Source: Candidatus Bathyarchaeia archaeon
Lineage (GTDB): Archaea; Thermoproteota; Bathyarchaeia; 40CM-2-53-6
Direction: 5' to 3'
Assembly (NCBI GenBank): GCA_050013255.1
Contig: JBEKFP010000001.1
Location: 1,120,001-1,184,000, forward strand
Length of the DNA: 64,000 nt
Position numbers and translations under genes: made by a program. The first letter of the stretch is position 1, and every line of letters starts with the position of its first letter. Below, piece by piece: positions 18,649 through 28,554 of the stretch. The notes under the pieces were generated by a model. It searched no databases and was not told the DNA's origin. It worked only from the letters and a program-made list of their open reading frames with translations.

Positions 18649-18812
18649 ATCGTATATCCTTCTAGATTGTTCGCGGTTGAATCAAGTCGATTGAAGTGAA
18701 AAGCCAGCTATTTTAACCTTTGAAAATAAGAGCGTGTTCTGGTTTTGTAGATTGATCCGAGCCGCACGTTGCGCCAATTAACTTTGAGCGGAAACGAGCA
18801 ACAAAAGGGCGC

Positions 18813-18950
18813 ATGAAACTTGACGCGAGGCTCGACGGAATCACTTTCTATTCCCACGGCTGCAAATTGCTCGGAGGCTTCTACGGAGCTGCTGGCGAAA
18901 CGCTAAGGCCGACCGTCATATTCTTATGTTTATTCAATTCTTTGAGTTAA
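18813..18950 (+). pseudogene. N-terminal fragment resembling an alpha/beta hydrolase
   Basis: MKLDARLDGITFYSHGCKLLGGFYGAAGETLRPTVIFL stops where the HG motif would follow. Confidence 0.35.
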
Positions 18951-19750
18951 ACACGAACAACCTCGATGTGCAGCCGTTTCAGGGTTTCTATGAGCTTCGA
19001 TCGCTCCGCGCCGCGGATGCCTTTCCAATCGACAACGGCCGTGTGGCATTCTCCTATTGTGCGCTCAAAAGCCAACTGCACCATTTGTTCATCGTAATCC
19101 TCAAAGAAATACTTAGAGAGGATATGGCTGAAAGCGTAGTTGTCATTCCTAACCGCGATGCATTGCTTGTTGCAGTAGTGTCCTCCTCCGAAACCAACAG
19201 CCGCCGTTCCGCTTACCGGGGCCGTTGCAGCCATCCATATGGCTTCACTAGCCGCTACCGCGGCCCGCGGATCATTCCATTCTTTTTCTGTGCTACCTAC
19301 TTCCACGAAAAGCGTTGGAACTCCTAGCTCGGTTGGTCCATGGTGAGTAGCCTCAAGGGTTACTGCGTAATTCAACTTCAAGGCTTCACGCGCCTTATCC
19401 AACGCCAACAACGCTGCGCGTAGTCGAGGAGGGTCTGCAAAGGACAGGCTCTTGGGCTTGCCGCCGAAATCAGCACGACTTGTACTATTACCAGTCCAAT
19501 GGACCGTCAGCGCTGGTTCGCCGCTTTCGCTTCGGTGCCTCGAAGCGAAGATAACAGCTTCTGGTTTTGAATCGACGCCTAGGCTATCGGTGTATATGCC
19601 ATCGGTTTCAACGAGTTTCAGGTAGACACTGCCGTTTTGAAATAGGTCAGGAACACCTGAGGCTGGTTGAAAACCTTTCAGCCGCATTAGCTCTCGTGCA
19701 ATGTTTTGAGCTGCTACGTCACGCTTGGAGGAGGCAATGAGAACCGTCAA
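18947..19750 (-). CDS. dtdA: D-aminoacyl-tRNA deacylase (DTD2/DtdA)
   Basis: SRHRS, LTVH.TGN, EATHHGP, FVEVGS and GFGGGHY. Confidence 0.94.
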   Translation of the reverse strand: MTVLIASSKRDVAAQNIARELMRLKGFQPASGVPDLFQNGSVYLKLVETDGIYTDSLGVDSKPEAVIFASRHRSESGEPALTVHWTGNSTSRADFGGKPKSLSFADPPRLRAALLALDKAREALKLNYAVTLEATHHGPTELGVPTLFVEVGSTEKEWNDPRAAVAASEAIWMAATAPVSGTAAVGFGGGHYCNKQCIAVRNDNYAFSHILSKYFFEDYDEQMVQLAFERTIGECHTAVVDWKGIRGAERSKLIETLKRLHIEVVRV

Positions 19751-19762
19751 CTCATGCCAGCT

Positions 19763-20668
19763 TCAACTTATTATTTTCTCGACCATTTGTTCAGGTTCGA
19801 AGGAAACTAAGTCCTCATAATTTTGCCCGACGGTTGCAAAAAGGATTGGCTTGCCCATAATGGCGGCAATAGAAATGGCGCTACCACCCTTTGCGTCAGC
19901 GTCCAACTTAGTCAGCACGACACCGTCGATGTTCACGGCGTTCGAGAAGGATTTTCCTTGCTCAACCGCATCGTTACCTGTCAGTGAGTCGACAACAAGG
20001 ATTGTCAGGTTCGGCTTGGCCACTCGAGCAATTTTCTTCATTTCCTCCAAGAGGTTCTTGTTTGTTTGCATTCTACCTGCCGTATCAATCAAGACAACGT
20101 TAGTGCCATGTGCGATCGCATAATTCACAGCGTCGAATGCTACCGCAGCAGCGTCAGCGCCATAATCATGCTTGATAGTCTTGATTCCGATTCGCCGAGC
20201 GTGTTCCTCAATCTGCTCTATGGAACCAGTTCGGTAAGTGTCTGCGGCAGCCACGACGACTGAGAAACCCTTCCGAAGCAATAGATGGCCTACTTTCGCG
20301 ATGGAACTCGTCTTGCCGGTCCCGTTAACTCCTACGAAAAGTATGATTGCCGGTCTGTGGGCATTTTTGCTTTCATTGAGAACCTTGTAGAAGGATTCCT
20401 CGCCGCTTCCCCTCAATAATTCAAGCAAGACCTCTCGCAGCACTCCCCTAGCTGGTTCCGTCGAGTCTGTGAACCTTCGAAATTGGGTGGCTCTGAGTTT
20501 CTCATGTAGGTTGTCGCATATCTGCTTGGCCACTGAGTAGGCAACATTATTCTCGACTAAGGCCAGTAGAAACTCATCAAGGATCTTTGAGATGTCTTGA
20601 TCAGAAAGTTCTTTCTGCGAAATCTTCTGAACTAGACTATTGACGCCTGATTTGAGTTTCTCGAACAC
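19763..20668 (-). CDS. ftsY: SRP receptor FtsY
   Basis: GVNGTGKT, DTAGR and TKLDADAKGG. Confidence 0.96.
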   Translation of the reverse strand: MFEKLKSGVNSLVQKISQKELSDQDISKILDEFLLALVENNVAYSVAKQICDNLHEKLRATQFRRFTDSTEPARGVLREVLLELLRGSGEESFYKVLNESKNAHRPAIILFVGVNGTGKTSSIAKVGHLLLRKGFSVVVAAADTYRTGSIEQIEEHARRIGIKTIKHDYGADAAAVAFDAVNYAIAHGTNVVLIDTAGRMQTNKNLLEEMKKIARVAKPNLTILVVDSLTGNDAVEQGKSFSNAVNIDGVVLTKLDADAKGGSAISIAAIMGKPILFATVGQNYEDLVSFEPEQMVEKIIS

Positions 20669-20748
20669 TTTATGTCACTAATGAGAACCGGGGCTAAAGT
20701 TTGTCTCCTGTAGGGTTCTACGCGGAGATTTCAGGACTTCGTCTCAAC

Positions 20749-21201
20749 TCAGCTCGGAGCCTGTGCTGTTGTCCCCTGGTGTCTTAGGAGTTCCTCGAGG
20801 GCATCGCGGTCTTGTTGGTATCGGCCAATGGTTTGGTCTAATTGTTGTTGAATAGATGTTCGTGCTTTATCTAATTCCTCAAGTCTACCTTTCAGCTCGC
20901 CTACAGAGCTTTCCACGTCTTTCTCCATCGCAGCTCCTGCTCCTATACCCATAACCAACTTCTTGGAATCCGCAATTTTCATTCTCACGTATGAACCGGC
21001 TCCGACCGGGACGAGCGTGGAATCGCCTTCTTGTAGTTTCTTCAGGCCATCGAGGGTGTTGAATGCCAATGTAACCTCGTTGATCGCTGCTCGGACAATA
21101 TCAAGTCTGGATTGCAAAGCCCCGATGGACCCTTCTAGGATGCGAATCTCGGTGGCTAGTTGCCTGACTATGTCTTCTTCCCTTGGTTGGGGGGATGACA
21201 T
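20749..21201 (-). CDS. pfdA: Prefoldin alpha subunit
   Basis: Coiled coils flanking LVPVGAG.Y and GIGAG hairpins. Confidence 0.93.
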   Translation of the reverse strand: MSSPQPREEDIVRQLATEIRILEGSIGALQSRLDIVRAAINEVTLAFNTLDGLKKLQEGDSTLVPVGAGSYVRMKIADSKKLVMGIGAGAAMEKDVESSVGELKGRLEELDKARTSIQQQLDQTIGRYQQDRDALEELLRHQGTTAQAPS

Positions 21202-21203
21202 TC

Positions 21204-21416
21204 CTATTCCTTGGCCTGCGCTGCCTCTAGGTGGGCGGATTGGATTTTCGCTATCCTAACTTCAAATCTTCTAGCGCGGTGTCTGCTGCCCATTTCAGAA
21301 TAGAGGCGCTGGAGGGCGTGTTCTTCTTTCAGCGCGTTGAATTCGACGGAAAACGGGATTTTGGTTCGTCCCTTCCTGATCTCGCCTGTAATCTTAAACT
21401 TCTTCACTTCTGACAT
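21204..21416 (-). CDS. rpl18a: 50S ribosomal protein eL20 (L18a/LX)
   Basis: A..E.HA...LYSE.GSRHR. Confidence 0.9.
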   Translation of the reverse strand: MSEVKKFKITGEIRKGRTKIPFSVEFNALKEEHALQRLYSEMGSRHRARRFEVRIAKIQSAHLEAAQAKE

Positions 21417-21540
21417 TCGTATTCGTGACCTCGCCTTATGGCATCGGCGTCCGCTATTAATCTGAAGGTCGCGAAACAGGTGCCCGCGCTGAAAACGTTT
21501 TTATTAGGCAGGGGGATTGACGCCTTAGAAATTTGACTAG

Positions 21541-22209
21541 ATGGTCTCCTCATTGCCACTTGCCAAGGATGAAATTGTTAGGGCACTCGGTGAGCTACGT
21601 AAGAATCTAACTAAGAGAAAGTTCTCACAGTCCATAGATTTGGTTGTTCGCCTCCGAGAGGTCGACCTAAAGAGGCCCGAAAACAGGATCAATGAAGCAA
21701 TTACCTTGCCGAATCCACCGGATAAGGCACTGAAGGTTTGCGTGATAGCGTCAGGAGATTTGGGAACCAGGGCCAAAGCGGCTGGCGCAGACATGCTAGT
21801 TACCAGACAGGAGATGGATAACTTGAGCAAGGACAAGAAATCGGCTCGGAAGTTAGCTCAAGATTATGATTTCTTCATCGCGGAAGCCCCCCTAATGCCC
21901 CTTGTAGGAAAGGCACTAGGGTCATTCCTCGGCCCAAGGGGCAAGATGCCCACACCGGTCCAGCCTAACGCGGCTATTGATCAAATCATCTCCGGCCACC
22001 GTAAGATGGTTCGTGTTCGAATGCGAGAACAGCCCGTCCTTCAGTGTAGGGTTGGGACGGAAGCTATGCCAGACGAGAAGCTAGTGGAGAATATCCAGGC
22101 AGTAGTTTCTCGAATTGAACAGAAGCTTGAGCGGGGTTTCAAGAATGTTGGTGAAATCCTAATCAAGGCAACGATGAGCAAACCGGTAAAGATCACTCTG
22201 ACGAAGTGA
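21541..22209 (+). CDS. rpl1: 50S ribosomal protein uL1
   Basis: RKFSQSIDL, LGPRGKMP and K.TMSKP. Confidence 0.96.
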   Translation: MVSSLPLAKDEIVRALGELRKNLTKRKFSQSIDLVVRLREVDLKRPENRINEAITLPNPPDKALKVCVIASGDLGTRAKAAGADMLVTRQEMDNLSKDKKSARKLAQDYDFFIAEAPLMPLVGKALGSFLGPRGKMPTPVQPNAAIDQIISGHRKMVRVRMREQPVLQCRVGTEAMPDEKLVENIQAVVSRIEQKLERGFKNVGEILIKATMSKPVKITLTK

Positions 22210-22215
22210 TGATTA

Positions 22216-23166
22216 ATGTTAGCCCAGCAGGTCGCAGTCTGGAAAAAGGAAATTTACGAAGACCTAACGGAACTGCTTAAGGAATATTCAGTTATAGCCG
22301 TCGCCGACCTGCAGAAAGTGCGCTCATCGCAGATACAAGAGATTCGCAAGAAGCTGCGTGGCAAGGCGGACCTGATTGTTGCCAAGAATACAATTCTACG
22401 CAAAGCCAGCGAGAAGATAGCCGGTGAAAAGAAAGGTATTGATAAGTTTGCAAATTCGTTGACCGGATCCAAGGTACTAATTTTCACCCAAATGAACCCC
22501 TTTGAGCTCATTATCTTTCTCAACAAGAACAAGGTCAGGGTTCAAGCAAAGGGCGGAGATGTGGCGACAAGCGATATCATGATCCCCGGCGGGAACACGG
22601 GAATACAGCCTGGTCCGGTGATTAGCGAGTTCAACGAGGCTAAGGTGAAAACACGGATCGAGGGTGGCAGTATCTTCGTTGCAGAGGACACTGTCGTTGT
22701 TGAGAAGGGGGATGTGATTCCAGTTAAGACCGCCTCACTTCTGTCGAAGCTTGGAATGAAACCGATGGAAGCGGGGTTAGCGCTCTCATATGCTTTCGAT
22801 AACGGCTCAGTTCTCGGCCCGAACGATCTCGCCTTTGACCTTGACCAAATGAAGTCTGATTTCTCCTCAGCCGCGAGGATGGCTTTGGGCGTGGCGGTTG
22901 AGGCAAACATCATGTTGCCAGAGACTGCGCCCATAATTATCTCGAAAGCATATCGGCAGGCGGTTGCCGTCAGCGTCGAGTCAGGCTTCTTTACGAAACA
23001 AACTGCGGACTTTATCATCCAGAAGGCTTACGCGAACATGAATGCGTTGTCGTCAGCGATTGCTGCCGTGAAACCTGAAGCGATCGCCCCTCCGTCAACA
23101 ACTCAAAGCGAGACCCAAGCGCCACCAGCGCCCGCAGCAGCTGCATCCGCTGAAGGAAAAGGTTGA
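22216..23166 (+). CDS. rplP0: 50S ribosomal protein uL10 (P0)
   Basis: Q.IRKKLRG..KNT; T.I.PGP; Ala/Pro-rich tail. Confidence 0.95.
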   Translation: MLAQQVAVWKKEIYEDLTELLKEYSVIAVADLQKVRSSQIQEIRKKLRGKADLIVAKNTILRKASEKIAGEKKGIDKFANSLTGSKVLIFTQMNPFELIIFLNKNKVRVQAKGGDVATSDIMIPGGNTGIQPGPVISEFNEAKVKTRIEGGSIFVAEDTVVVEKGDVIPVKTASLLSKLGMKPMEAGLALSYAFDNGSVLGPNDLAFDLDQMKSDFSSAARMALGVAVEANIMLPETAPIIISKAYRQAVAVSVESGFFTKQTADFIIQKAYANMNALSSAIAAVKPEAIAPPSTTQSETQAPPAPAAAASAEGKG

Positions 23167-23218
23167 AAAGAGGGACTTCTGGTAAGCACAGGAATCCTGT
23201 CAAATTTCGGTGTGAAAA

Positions 23219-23524
23219 ATGGAATACGTCTACGCAGCTCTTCTGCTACACTCTGCAGGCGGCAAAATAACCGAAGATACCGTAAAGAAAGTTCTAACAG
23301 CAGCCGGAGTCAAGACTGATGAGCCAAGAGTCAAGGCCCTAGTCGCGGCACTCTCAGAAATCAAAATAGACGACGCCCTAAAAGCCGCGCAAGCCATACC
23401 GGTGGCCGCAGCACCTGCAGCGGCAGCCCCAACTGGAGGAAAGAAGGACAAGAAAGAAGGGGCGGAAGACGAGAAGAAGAAAGGCGAAGAAGCACTAGCG
23501 GGCCTCGGTGCCCTCTTCGGTTGA
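23219..23524 (+). CDS. rpl12p: 50S ribosomal protein P1/L12
   Basis: [11 protein letters not shown]...GLGALFG. Confidence 0.96.
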   Translation: MEYVYAALLLHSAGGKITEDTVKKVLTAAGVKTDEPRVKALVAALSEIKIDDALKAAQAIPVAAAPAAAAPTGGKKDKKEGAEDEKKKGEEALAGLGALFG

Positions 23525-23732
23525 TCTTGAGTTGCCTGTACCCTTTACTTTGATCTCTCTCGCATCCTAGTCCTCTTTCACTTTGTTTTTAGTGCTCCGA
23601 GCAGCGGTTCAAGATCGAAAATACCCTTCTAGAGAAATCTAAGCCAAGTCTATCCTTCCTGTCACGAACTTACTTCTTCCGGGCGAATGAGATGGCAGTT
23701 CGTCCCGAGAGCTAGGGGGTGTGATCCGGCGC

Positions 23733-24323
23733 TTAGCAACTTTGGCCCTGGGTCTCGATTAGCCAACCTGTAAGAAGGACCAGGCCAGCAACTGCCGCCA
23801 AATATGTTCCAATACCAACCTCCGCGGAAACGCACCTGACCCATTCCGATTCAATGTAACACATGCCTGAGGATAGGTAGTTGTGGAGGTACAAGTACTC
23901 ATCCAGCCGCTTCACGTTATCGATCCAATACCAGGCCGCAGTGAGTGCCGAACCGGCAGCAAATATCTGAAAGTTTGATTTCCTAATCAAGACCGAGATC
24001 GCGCTCGAAACCAACGCGAGGATGAGCAATAGCAGAGAAAGCGCGAAGTAAGGGACGTCCAAGAGCCCGGCAAAATACGGAGTGGAAACGAACACCGAGT
24101 TCGAAACCGTGGGAGGCAGGACCTTAGTGTCAACGCCGAAGATGGAATATTGCTGTGCTCCACGCTCGATCTGAGACAGATTCAGAGTCACGGTTAGCCA
24201 AGGCAAAGGAACAGAAAGCACTAGGAGCGCAATTGCCAAAGAGGCAGTTTTCCGCCAGCGTTCCACAACTTCAGCGACCTTGCATGGGATAAGACGCATT
24301 ATTGGGCTGGTTGTAGCGAACAA
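23733..24323 (-). CDS. Hypothetical four-TM membrane protein
   Basis: LPW motif in TM1 and G.G.YL before the last TM. Confidence 0.65.
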   Translation of the reverse strand: MFATTSPIMRLIPCKVAEVVERWRKTASLAIALLVLSVPLPWLTVTLNLSQIERGAQQYSIFGVDTKVLPPTVSNSVFVSTPYFAGLLDVPYFALSLLLLILALVSSAISVLIRKSNFQIFAAGSALTAAWYWIDNVKRLDEYLYLHNYLSSGMCYIESEWVRCVSAEVGIGTYLAAVAGLVLLTGWLIETQGQSC

Positions 24324-24332
24324 TCCCTGCCT

Positions 24333-24728
24333 TTATTTCCGCTTCGAGGTGGTTACCACACCTTTTCTCAATAGTAACCACTGTGCTTGGCCACGTTCTT
24401 CTTTGAAGTAGACGAGCGCATACTCGCCCTTCAGCTTGTTCCCGTGAAGTTCGAAGCGTAGTAAGCGGGGTCCTCGTTCAATGAGAGTGTACTCTCCCTT
24501 GTCCCAAATCACGACTTTTCCAGCGCCGTACCCGCCTTCCGGAATAGTTCCCTCGAATGAGCCGTAATCGATCGGATGGTCATCCACCGCTACCGCGAGA
24601 CGTTTGATCCCAGCCTCAAGTGGGGGCCCTTTGGGGACAGCCCACGATTTCAGAACGCCGTCCATTTCCAAACGGAAATCGAAATGGTGGGCCGTCGCCC
24701 AGTGTTCATGAATAACAAATGATGGCAT
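24333..24728 (-). CDS. Stand-alone LigD 3'-phosphoesterase (PE) domain protein
   Basis: FVIHEH.A..HHFDFRLE.DGVLKSWAVPKG; DH..Y..FEG.IP.G.YGAG.V.IWD.G. Confidence 0.92.
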   Translation of the reverse strand: MPSFVIHEHWATAHHFDFRLEMDGVLKSWAVPKGPPLEAGIKRLAVAVDDHPIDYGSFEGTIPEGGYGAGKVVIWDKGEYTLIERGPRLLRFELHGNKLKGEYALVYFKEERGQAQWLLLRKGVVTTSKRK

Positions 24729-24788
24729 CTTTGGTCCTACACATTCAGGTTGGAGGATGTGGCTTAACCTTTTACGGCTACGTTAACC

Positions 24789-24989
24789 TTGTTTCGTCGG
24801 CTAGGTGCTGACGGTTCTTTGTCTGAGGAATACACTGTCTGCAGGTGCGGGGCTAAATTCACAAACGATGCGGAAGGAAAGCGCCTCTACAATCTTCATC
24901 AATCTTGGTGCGGGAAGCAAGGCAGCGTCCCACAAGATTCAGGTTCCAGGAGGGAATATTCCCGCCCCACCAGATCTAACCAACGATAA
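24789..24989 (+). CDS. Small putative zinc-finger protein (probable start TTG 24819)
   Basis: CRCG.KF...H...C ligand pattern; AGGTG upstream. Confidence 0.45.
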   Translation: MFRRLGADGSLSEEYTVCRCGAKFTNDAEGKRLYNLHQSWCGKQGSVPQDSGSRREYSRPTRSNQR

Positions 24990-25111
24990 CTTGACCAGAA
25001 ACCGTTTCGTCATCTACTCCCTAGATTCCTTCTGAAAGTAAGGAAGGTTTACGGATACTGACAGAGGCCAAGAAACGGGAACGCTACGGCTGACGCAGAA
25101 TCTTACCGAGT

Positions 25112-25148
25112 AAAACAAAAGTCGGAAAGGGCGGGAGAATCACCCGCC
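25112..25148 (-). terminator. GC hairpin plus T-tract terminator of the 25-aa ORF
   Basis: Minus strand: GGCGGG-TGATTCT-CCCGCC then CTTTCCGACTTTTGTTTT. Confidence 0.55.
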
Positions 25149-25161
25149 ACACGTAGCTTCC

Positions 25162-25239
25162 TTATGCTACGTATTCAGTTGTGTCCCTTGCCTCACGACC
25201 CTCTACTTTCATCTTGACCTTGCGTTTCTTGCTCGCCAA
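25162..25239 (-). CDS. 25-aa microprotein MASKKRKVKMKVEGREARDTTEYVA
   Basis: TTAAATA box (25284-25290), GGAGGTGA SD (25246-25253) 6 nt before TTG, and a downstream terminator. Confidence 0.6.
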   Translation of the reverse strand: MASKKRKVKMKVEGREARDTTEYVA

Positions 25240-25360
25240 CTCAATTCACCTCCAACAATTAACCCAACCTTAGGCGCTCTCAGTATTTAACGCGGCTTGG
25301 AGGAGAAATCAAAAAGGACGAATGTTCCACTTTTCTACCAAGTAGACACTGTCTTGTCTC

Positions 25361-25606
25361 GTGTTGGGTCACTCGCGCCTGCTGGGCTGGGTTGCGCAGA
25401 ACGTTGAACCCGTCGCTCCGTTCATGGTTCGCCGAACAAAGCAGAAACTGCGCGAATCCGATCTTGAAGAAACTGAAACACTGTCGCTGAATACGAACGA
25501 GTTACCCTACGCTCTCGTGAACTTCGCCAAAGAAATGTTGACTGAAATCTCTGAGTTGAAGGTTAGACTTGAGAAACTCGAGAACAAGGCCTCAACACAC
25601 GCATAG
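25361..25606 (+). CDS. Small hypothetical protein with C-terminal coiled coil
   Basis: EISELKVRLEKLENK heptads; start uncertain. Confidence 0.45.
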   Translation: MLGHSRLLGWVAQNVEPVAPFMVRRTKQKLRESDLEETETLSLNTNELPYALVNFAKEMLTEISELKVRLEKLENKASTHA

Positions 25607-25788
25607 GTAGCTTATGGTAACAGTGAATTGTCAGAATCCCGTGCTCTACCCCACCTTCTCCACGAGAACATTTGACCCAGGATTCGGTGTCAACGACCCG
25701 GTCAAAATATAGGAGACGCATGGCACCTATCTACTTAGGTGTCGACTCAAGAGGGTCGTGAGAACCGTCAAGAACCGAGGTATGTCAA

Positions 25789-28554
25789 ATGGAGATTAAT
25801 GAGAAAGAATTCGCCGTCCCGTTCTTCAAGGAGAATGGGTTTCAGCGCAAGCAGTGTGAATGCTGCAAAGGTTACTTCTGGACTCAGAAGCCTGACGAGA
25901 AATTCTGTGGCGACAGCCCGTGCGTTCGATACTCGTTTATTGGGAAACCTCCGGCTAAGCGGCGGTACTCGATTCATGACATGCGTGAATTATTCTTGTC
26001 ATTCTTTGAACGGAATGGACACAAAAGGATCAACCCGTACCCTGTTGTGGCACGGTGGCGAGATGACGTCTTCCTTGTGGGAGCGTCGATCTACGATTTC
26101 CAGCCCTACGTTACCGAAGGTATGATTCCGCCACCAGCAAACCCCCTCGTCGTCAGTCAGCCATCCATCAGGTTCACGGACATAGACAATGTCGGCCCAA
26201 CATTGGGGCGCCATGAGCTAATGTTCGAAATGGGAGGCGCTCACGCCTTCAACTACCCTGACAAGGAGGTCTACTGGATGGACCAGACAATCCGTTACCA
26301 CCACGAGCTGGCCACTGAAGAGTTCGGTCTGAAGTCGGAATCGGTTTCATACAAGGAGCATTTCTGGTCAGGGGGTGGAAACGCTGGTCCCGACCTTGAG
26401 TGTCTTAGCGCCGGACTAGAAATCTCTACCCTAGTCTTTATGCAGTACAAGGTTCAGGGCGATCAGCTCGTCAAACTCCCGATCCGAACCGTCGACACGG
26501 GATACGGGATAGAGCGTTGGGCATGGTTAAGCCAGGGAACAGCCAGCGCTTTCGAGGTCCTTTACGGTCAGGTACTAGACAGAATCTTCCAACTAGCGAA
26601 TCTCAAGTATGACGAGAAGCTGGTTGCAAAAGTGGTTCCGTATTCGAGTTACATGAACATCGAACGCAACGAGAGCCGTACTGATGCTCGAAAGAAAGTT
26701 GCCGAAAGCATAGGCATGGATTGGAGGGAGCTCGAGAAGGCTCTTACGCCGATTGAAAGCGCGATGGCGGTTGCCGATCACACAAAGGCAATTGCCTTCC
26801 TACTGTCAGAGGGCGTTGTTCCTTCAAACGTTGAAGCAGGCTACCTCACGCGTTTGCTGATTCGACGGACCTACCGAATGCTGCGCCAGTTGGGCATTGA
26901 GGATAAGATGCTGGACATAATCGACGCCCAAGTAGACTATTGGGGTGGCGACTTCCCTCAGCTAAAAGGAATGAAACGTGAGATAGCAGAAGAAATCAAG
27001 TCAGAAGAATCCAAGTATCGAAAAACAATCGAACGGGGCTCAGATCTAGTAAAGAAAATTGCAAGTGACCTGAAAACGAAGGGACTTAAAGAAATCCCGC
27101 CGCAAACTCTTGTTGACTTGTATGACTCTCACGGAATGGTTCCGGACATAGTGCGAGAGATAGCAGAACCGCTAGGGGTATCGGTGGATCCTCCGGGAAA
27201 CTTCTATGGAATGGTCGCCCAGAAGCATTTGTCTGTAAAGCGCGTTTCAGAGGAAGAAACAGAATCGAAAGTGATTGACTCACTGAAGGACAAAGTCAGC
27301 GGGCTCCAGGACACTGCCCAATTATACTACAAAGACCCTTTCCAGAAAGAGTTCGAAGGAAAAGTAATCGCGATCCTCGAAAACAAGTTCGTCGTCTTGG
27401 ACCAAACCTGCTTCTACCCCGAAGGTGGGGGCCAACCCGGCGATATCGGAGTCTTTCAGACCTCTAATGGGCCAATCAAAGTCGTTGATACACAGAAGGT
27501 TACCCGAATCATAGTCCACCAAATAGAAGGTAAGCCCCCGCGCATTGGGGAAATCGTGCGAGGTTCAATTGAATGGAACAGGCGCATCAGTTTGATGCGT
27601 CATCATACAGGCACCCATTTGGTTTTGGGTGCGGCTAGGAGGGTGCTGGGTCAACATGCTTGGCAGGCCGGCGCGCAGAAGGGCGTTGATTCCAGCCGAA
27701 TTGACATATCGCATTACGAGAGAATCACGGAGGAACAGGTAAGAGAAATTGAAAGGCTTGCAACGGAAGTAGCCCTCCAAGATATCCCCGTAGAGTCCGA
27801 ATGGCTGCCCAGGGAGAAGGCTGAGCAGGCTTATGGGTTCAAGCTCTACCAAGGAGGCGTTGTGCCCGGCCGTGAAGTACGAGTAATCAAGATTGGCGAT
27901 TGGGACGTGGAAGCATGCGGCGGAACGCATTGCACTAGGACAGGACAGATTGGGACCATCAAGATTCTGCACACAGAGCGCATTCAGGACGGCGTAGAAC
28001 GAATAATATTCGCCGCAGGCACTCAAGCTCTACGCGCCTTCCAAGAACAGGAGAAGAAAATCAAAAACATTTCAACGATCGTCGAAGCGCCCATCGAAAA
28101 AGTAGACCAATACGTTCAGACCCTCGTTGAAGAAAGAACAAAACTGGCTAAACGCCTCGAAGAACTATCCAAACAATGGGCGGAGCAAGAGGCCGCAAAA
28201 CTTCTGCAGTCTACGAAGACGGTCGGCCGCATAAAGATGTGCTCTGCAAAATATGATCGTGGTGAAGAGAGCGATTTAGTCGCGTTGAACAACAAAATTG
28301 TTGAGAAAGAACCGAGCGCGGTCATTGTATTAATCCTCGTCAAGGATTCGGCCAGGGTCTTCGTCGGTGCAGGAAAAGATGCAATTGCGCAGGGTGTGAA
28401 CGCGGGGAAGCTTGCCAGCAAGCTTGCCGCAATGCTCGGCGGCGGTGGCGGGGGCAAAGACTACTTCGGCCAAGGCGGCGGAACAAACCTGAATGCGGTT
28501 AACGAAGTAATGCGGAACTCGGAATCGGCGCTGAAAGCAATGTTGACCAAGTGA
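25789..28554 (+). CDS. alaS: Alanine--tRNA ligase (archaeal type)
   Basis: PVVARWRDD, SIYDFQP, DTGYGIER, HHTGTH editing site, EACGGTH and GGGGG DHHA1. Confidence 0.97.
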   Translation: MEINEKEFAVPFFKENGFQRKQCECCKGYFWTQKPDEKFCGDSPCVRYSFIGKPPAKRRYSIHDMRELFLSFFERNGHKRINPYPVVARWRDDVFLVGASIYDFQPYVTEGMIPPPANPLVVSQPSIRFTDIDNVGPTLGRHELMFEMGGAHAFNYPDKEVYWMDQTIRYHHELATEEFGLKSESVSYKEHFWSGGGNAGPDLECLSAGLEISTLVFMQYKVQGDQLVKLPIRTVDTGYGIERWAWLSQGTASAFEVLYGQVLDRIFQLANLKYDEKLVAKVVPYSSYMNIERNESRTDARKKVAESIGMDWRELEKALTPIESAMAVADHTKAIAFLLSEGVVPSNVEAGYLTRLLIRRTYRMLRQLGIEDKMLDIIDAQVDYWGGDFPQLKGMKREIAEEIKSEESKYRKTIERGSDLVKKIASDLKTKGLKEIPPQTLVDLYDSHGMVPDIVREIAEPLGVSVDPPGNFYGMVAQKHLSVKRVSEEETESKVIDSLKDKVSGLQDTAQLYYKDPFQKEFEGKVIAILENKFVVLDQTCFYPEGGGQPGDIGVFQTSNGPIKVVDTQKVTRIIVHQIEGKPPRIGEIVRGSIEWNRRISLMRHHTGTHLVLGAARRVLGQHAWQAGAQKGVDSSRIDISHYERITEEQVREIERLATEVALQDIPVESEWLPREKAEQAYGFKLYQGGVVPGREVRVIKIGDWDVEACGGTHCTRTGQIGTIKILHTERIQDGVERIIFAAGTQALRAFQEQEKKIKNISTIVEAPIEKVDQYVQTLVEERTKLAKRLEELSKQWAEQEAAKLLQSTKTVGRIKMCSAKYDRGEESDLVALNNKIVEKEPSAVIVLILVKDSARVFVGAGKDAIAQGVNAGKLASKLAAMLGGGGGGKDYFGQGGGTNLNAVNEVMRNSESALKAMLTK

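Noticed and set aside
17455-21527. 7-bp inverted match AGGCGTC/GACGCCT as inversion breakpoints
   Set aside because: Too short to distinguish from chance.
25162-25239. The 25-aa peptide as ribosomal protein eL41
   Set aside because: It has the same length but lacks the W-R/K-K-K-R-x-R-R-L-K-R pattern and has an acidic C-half.
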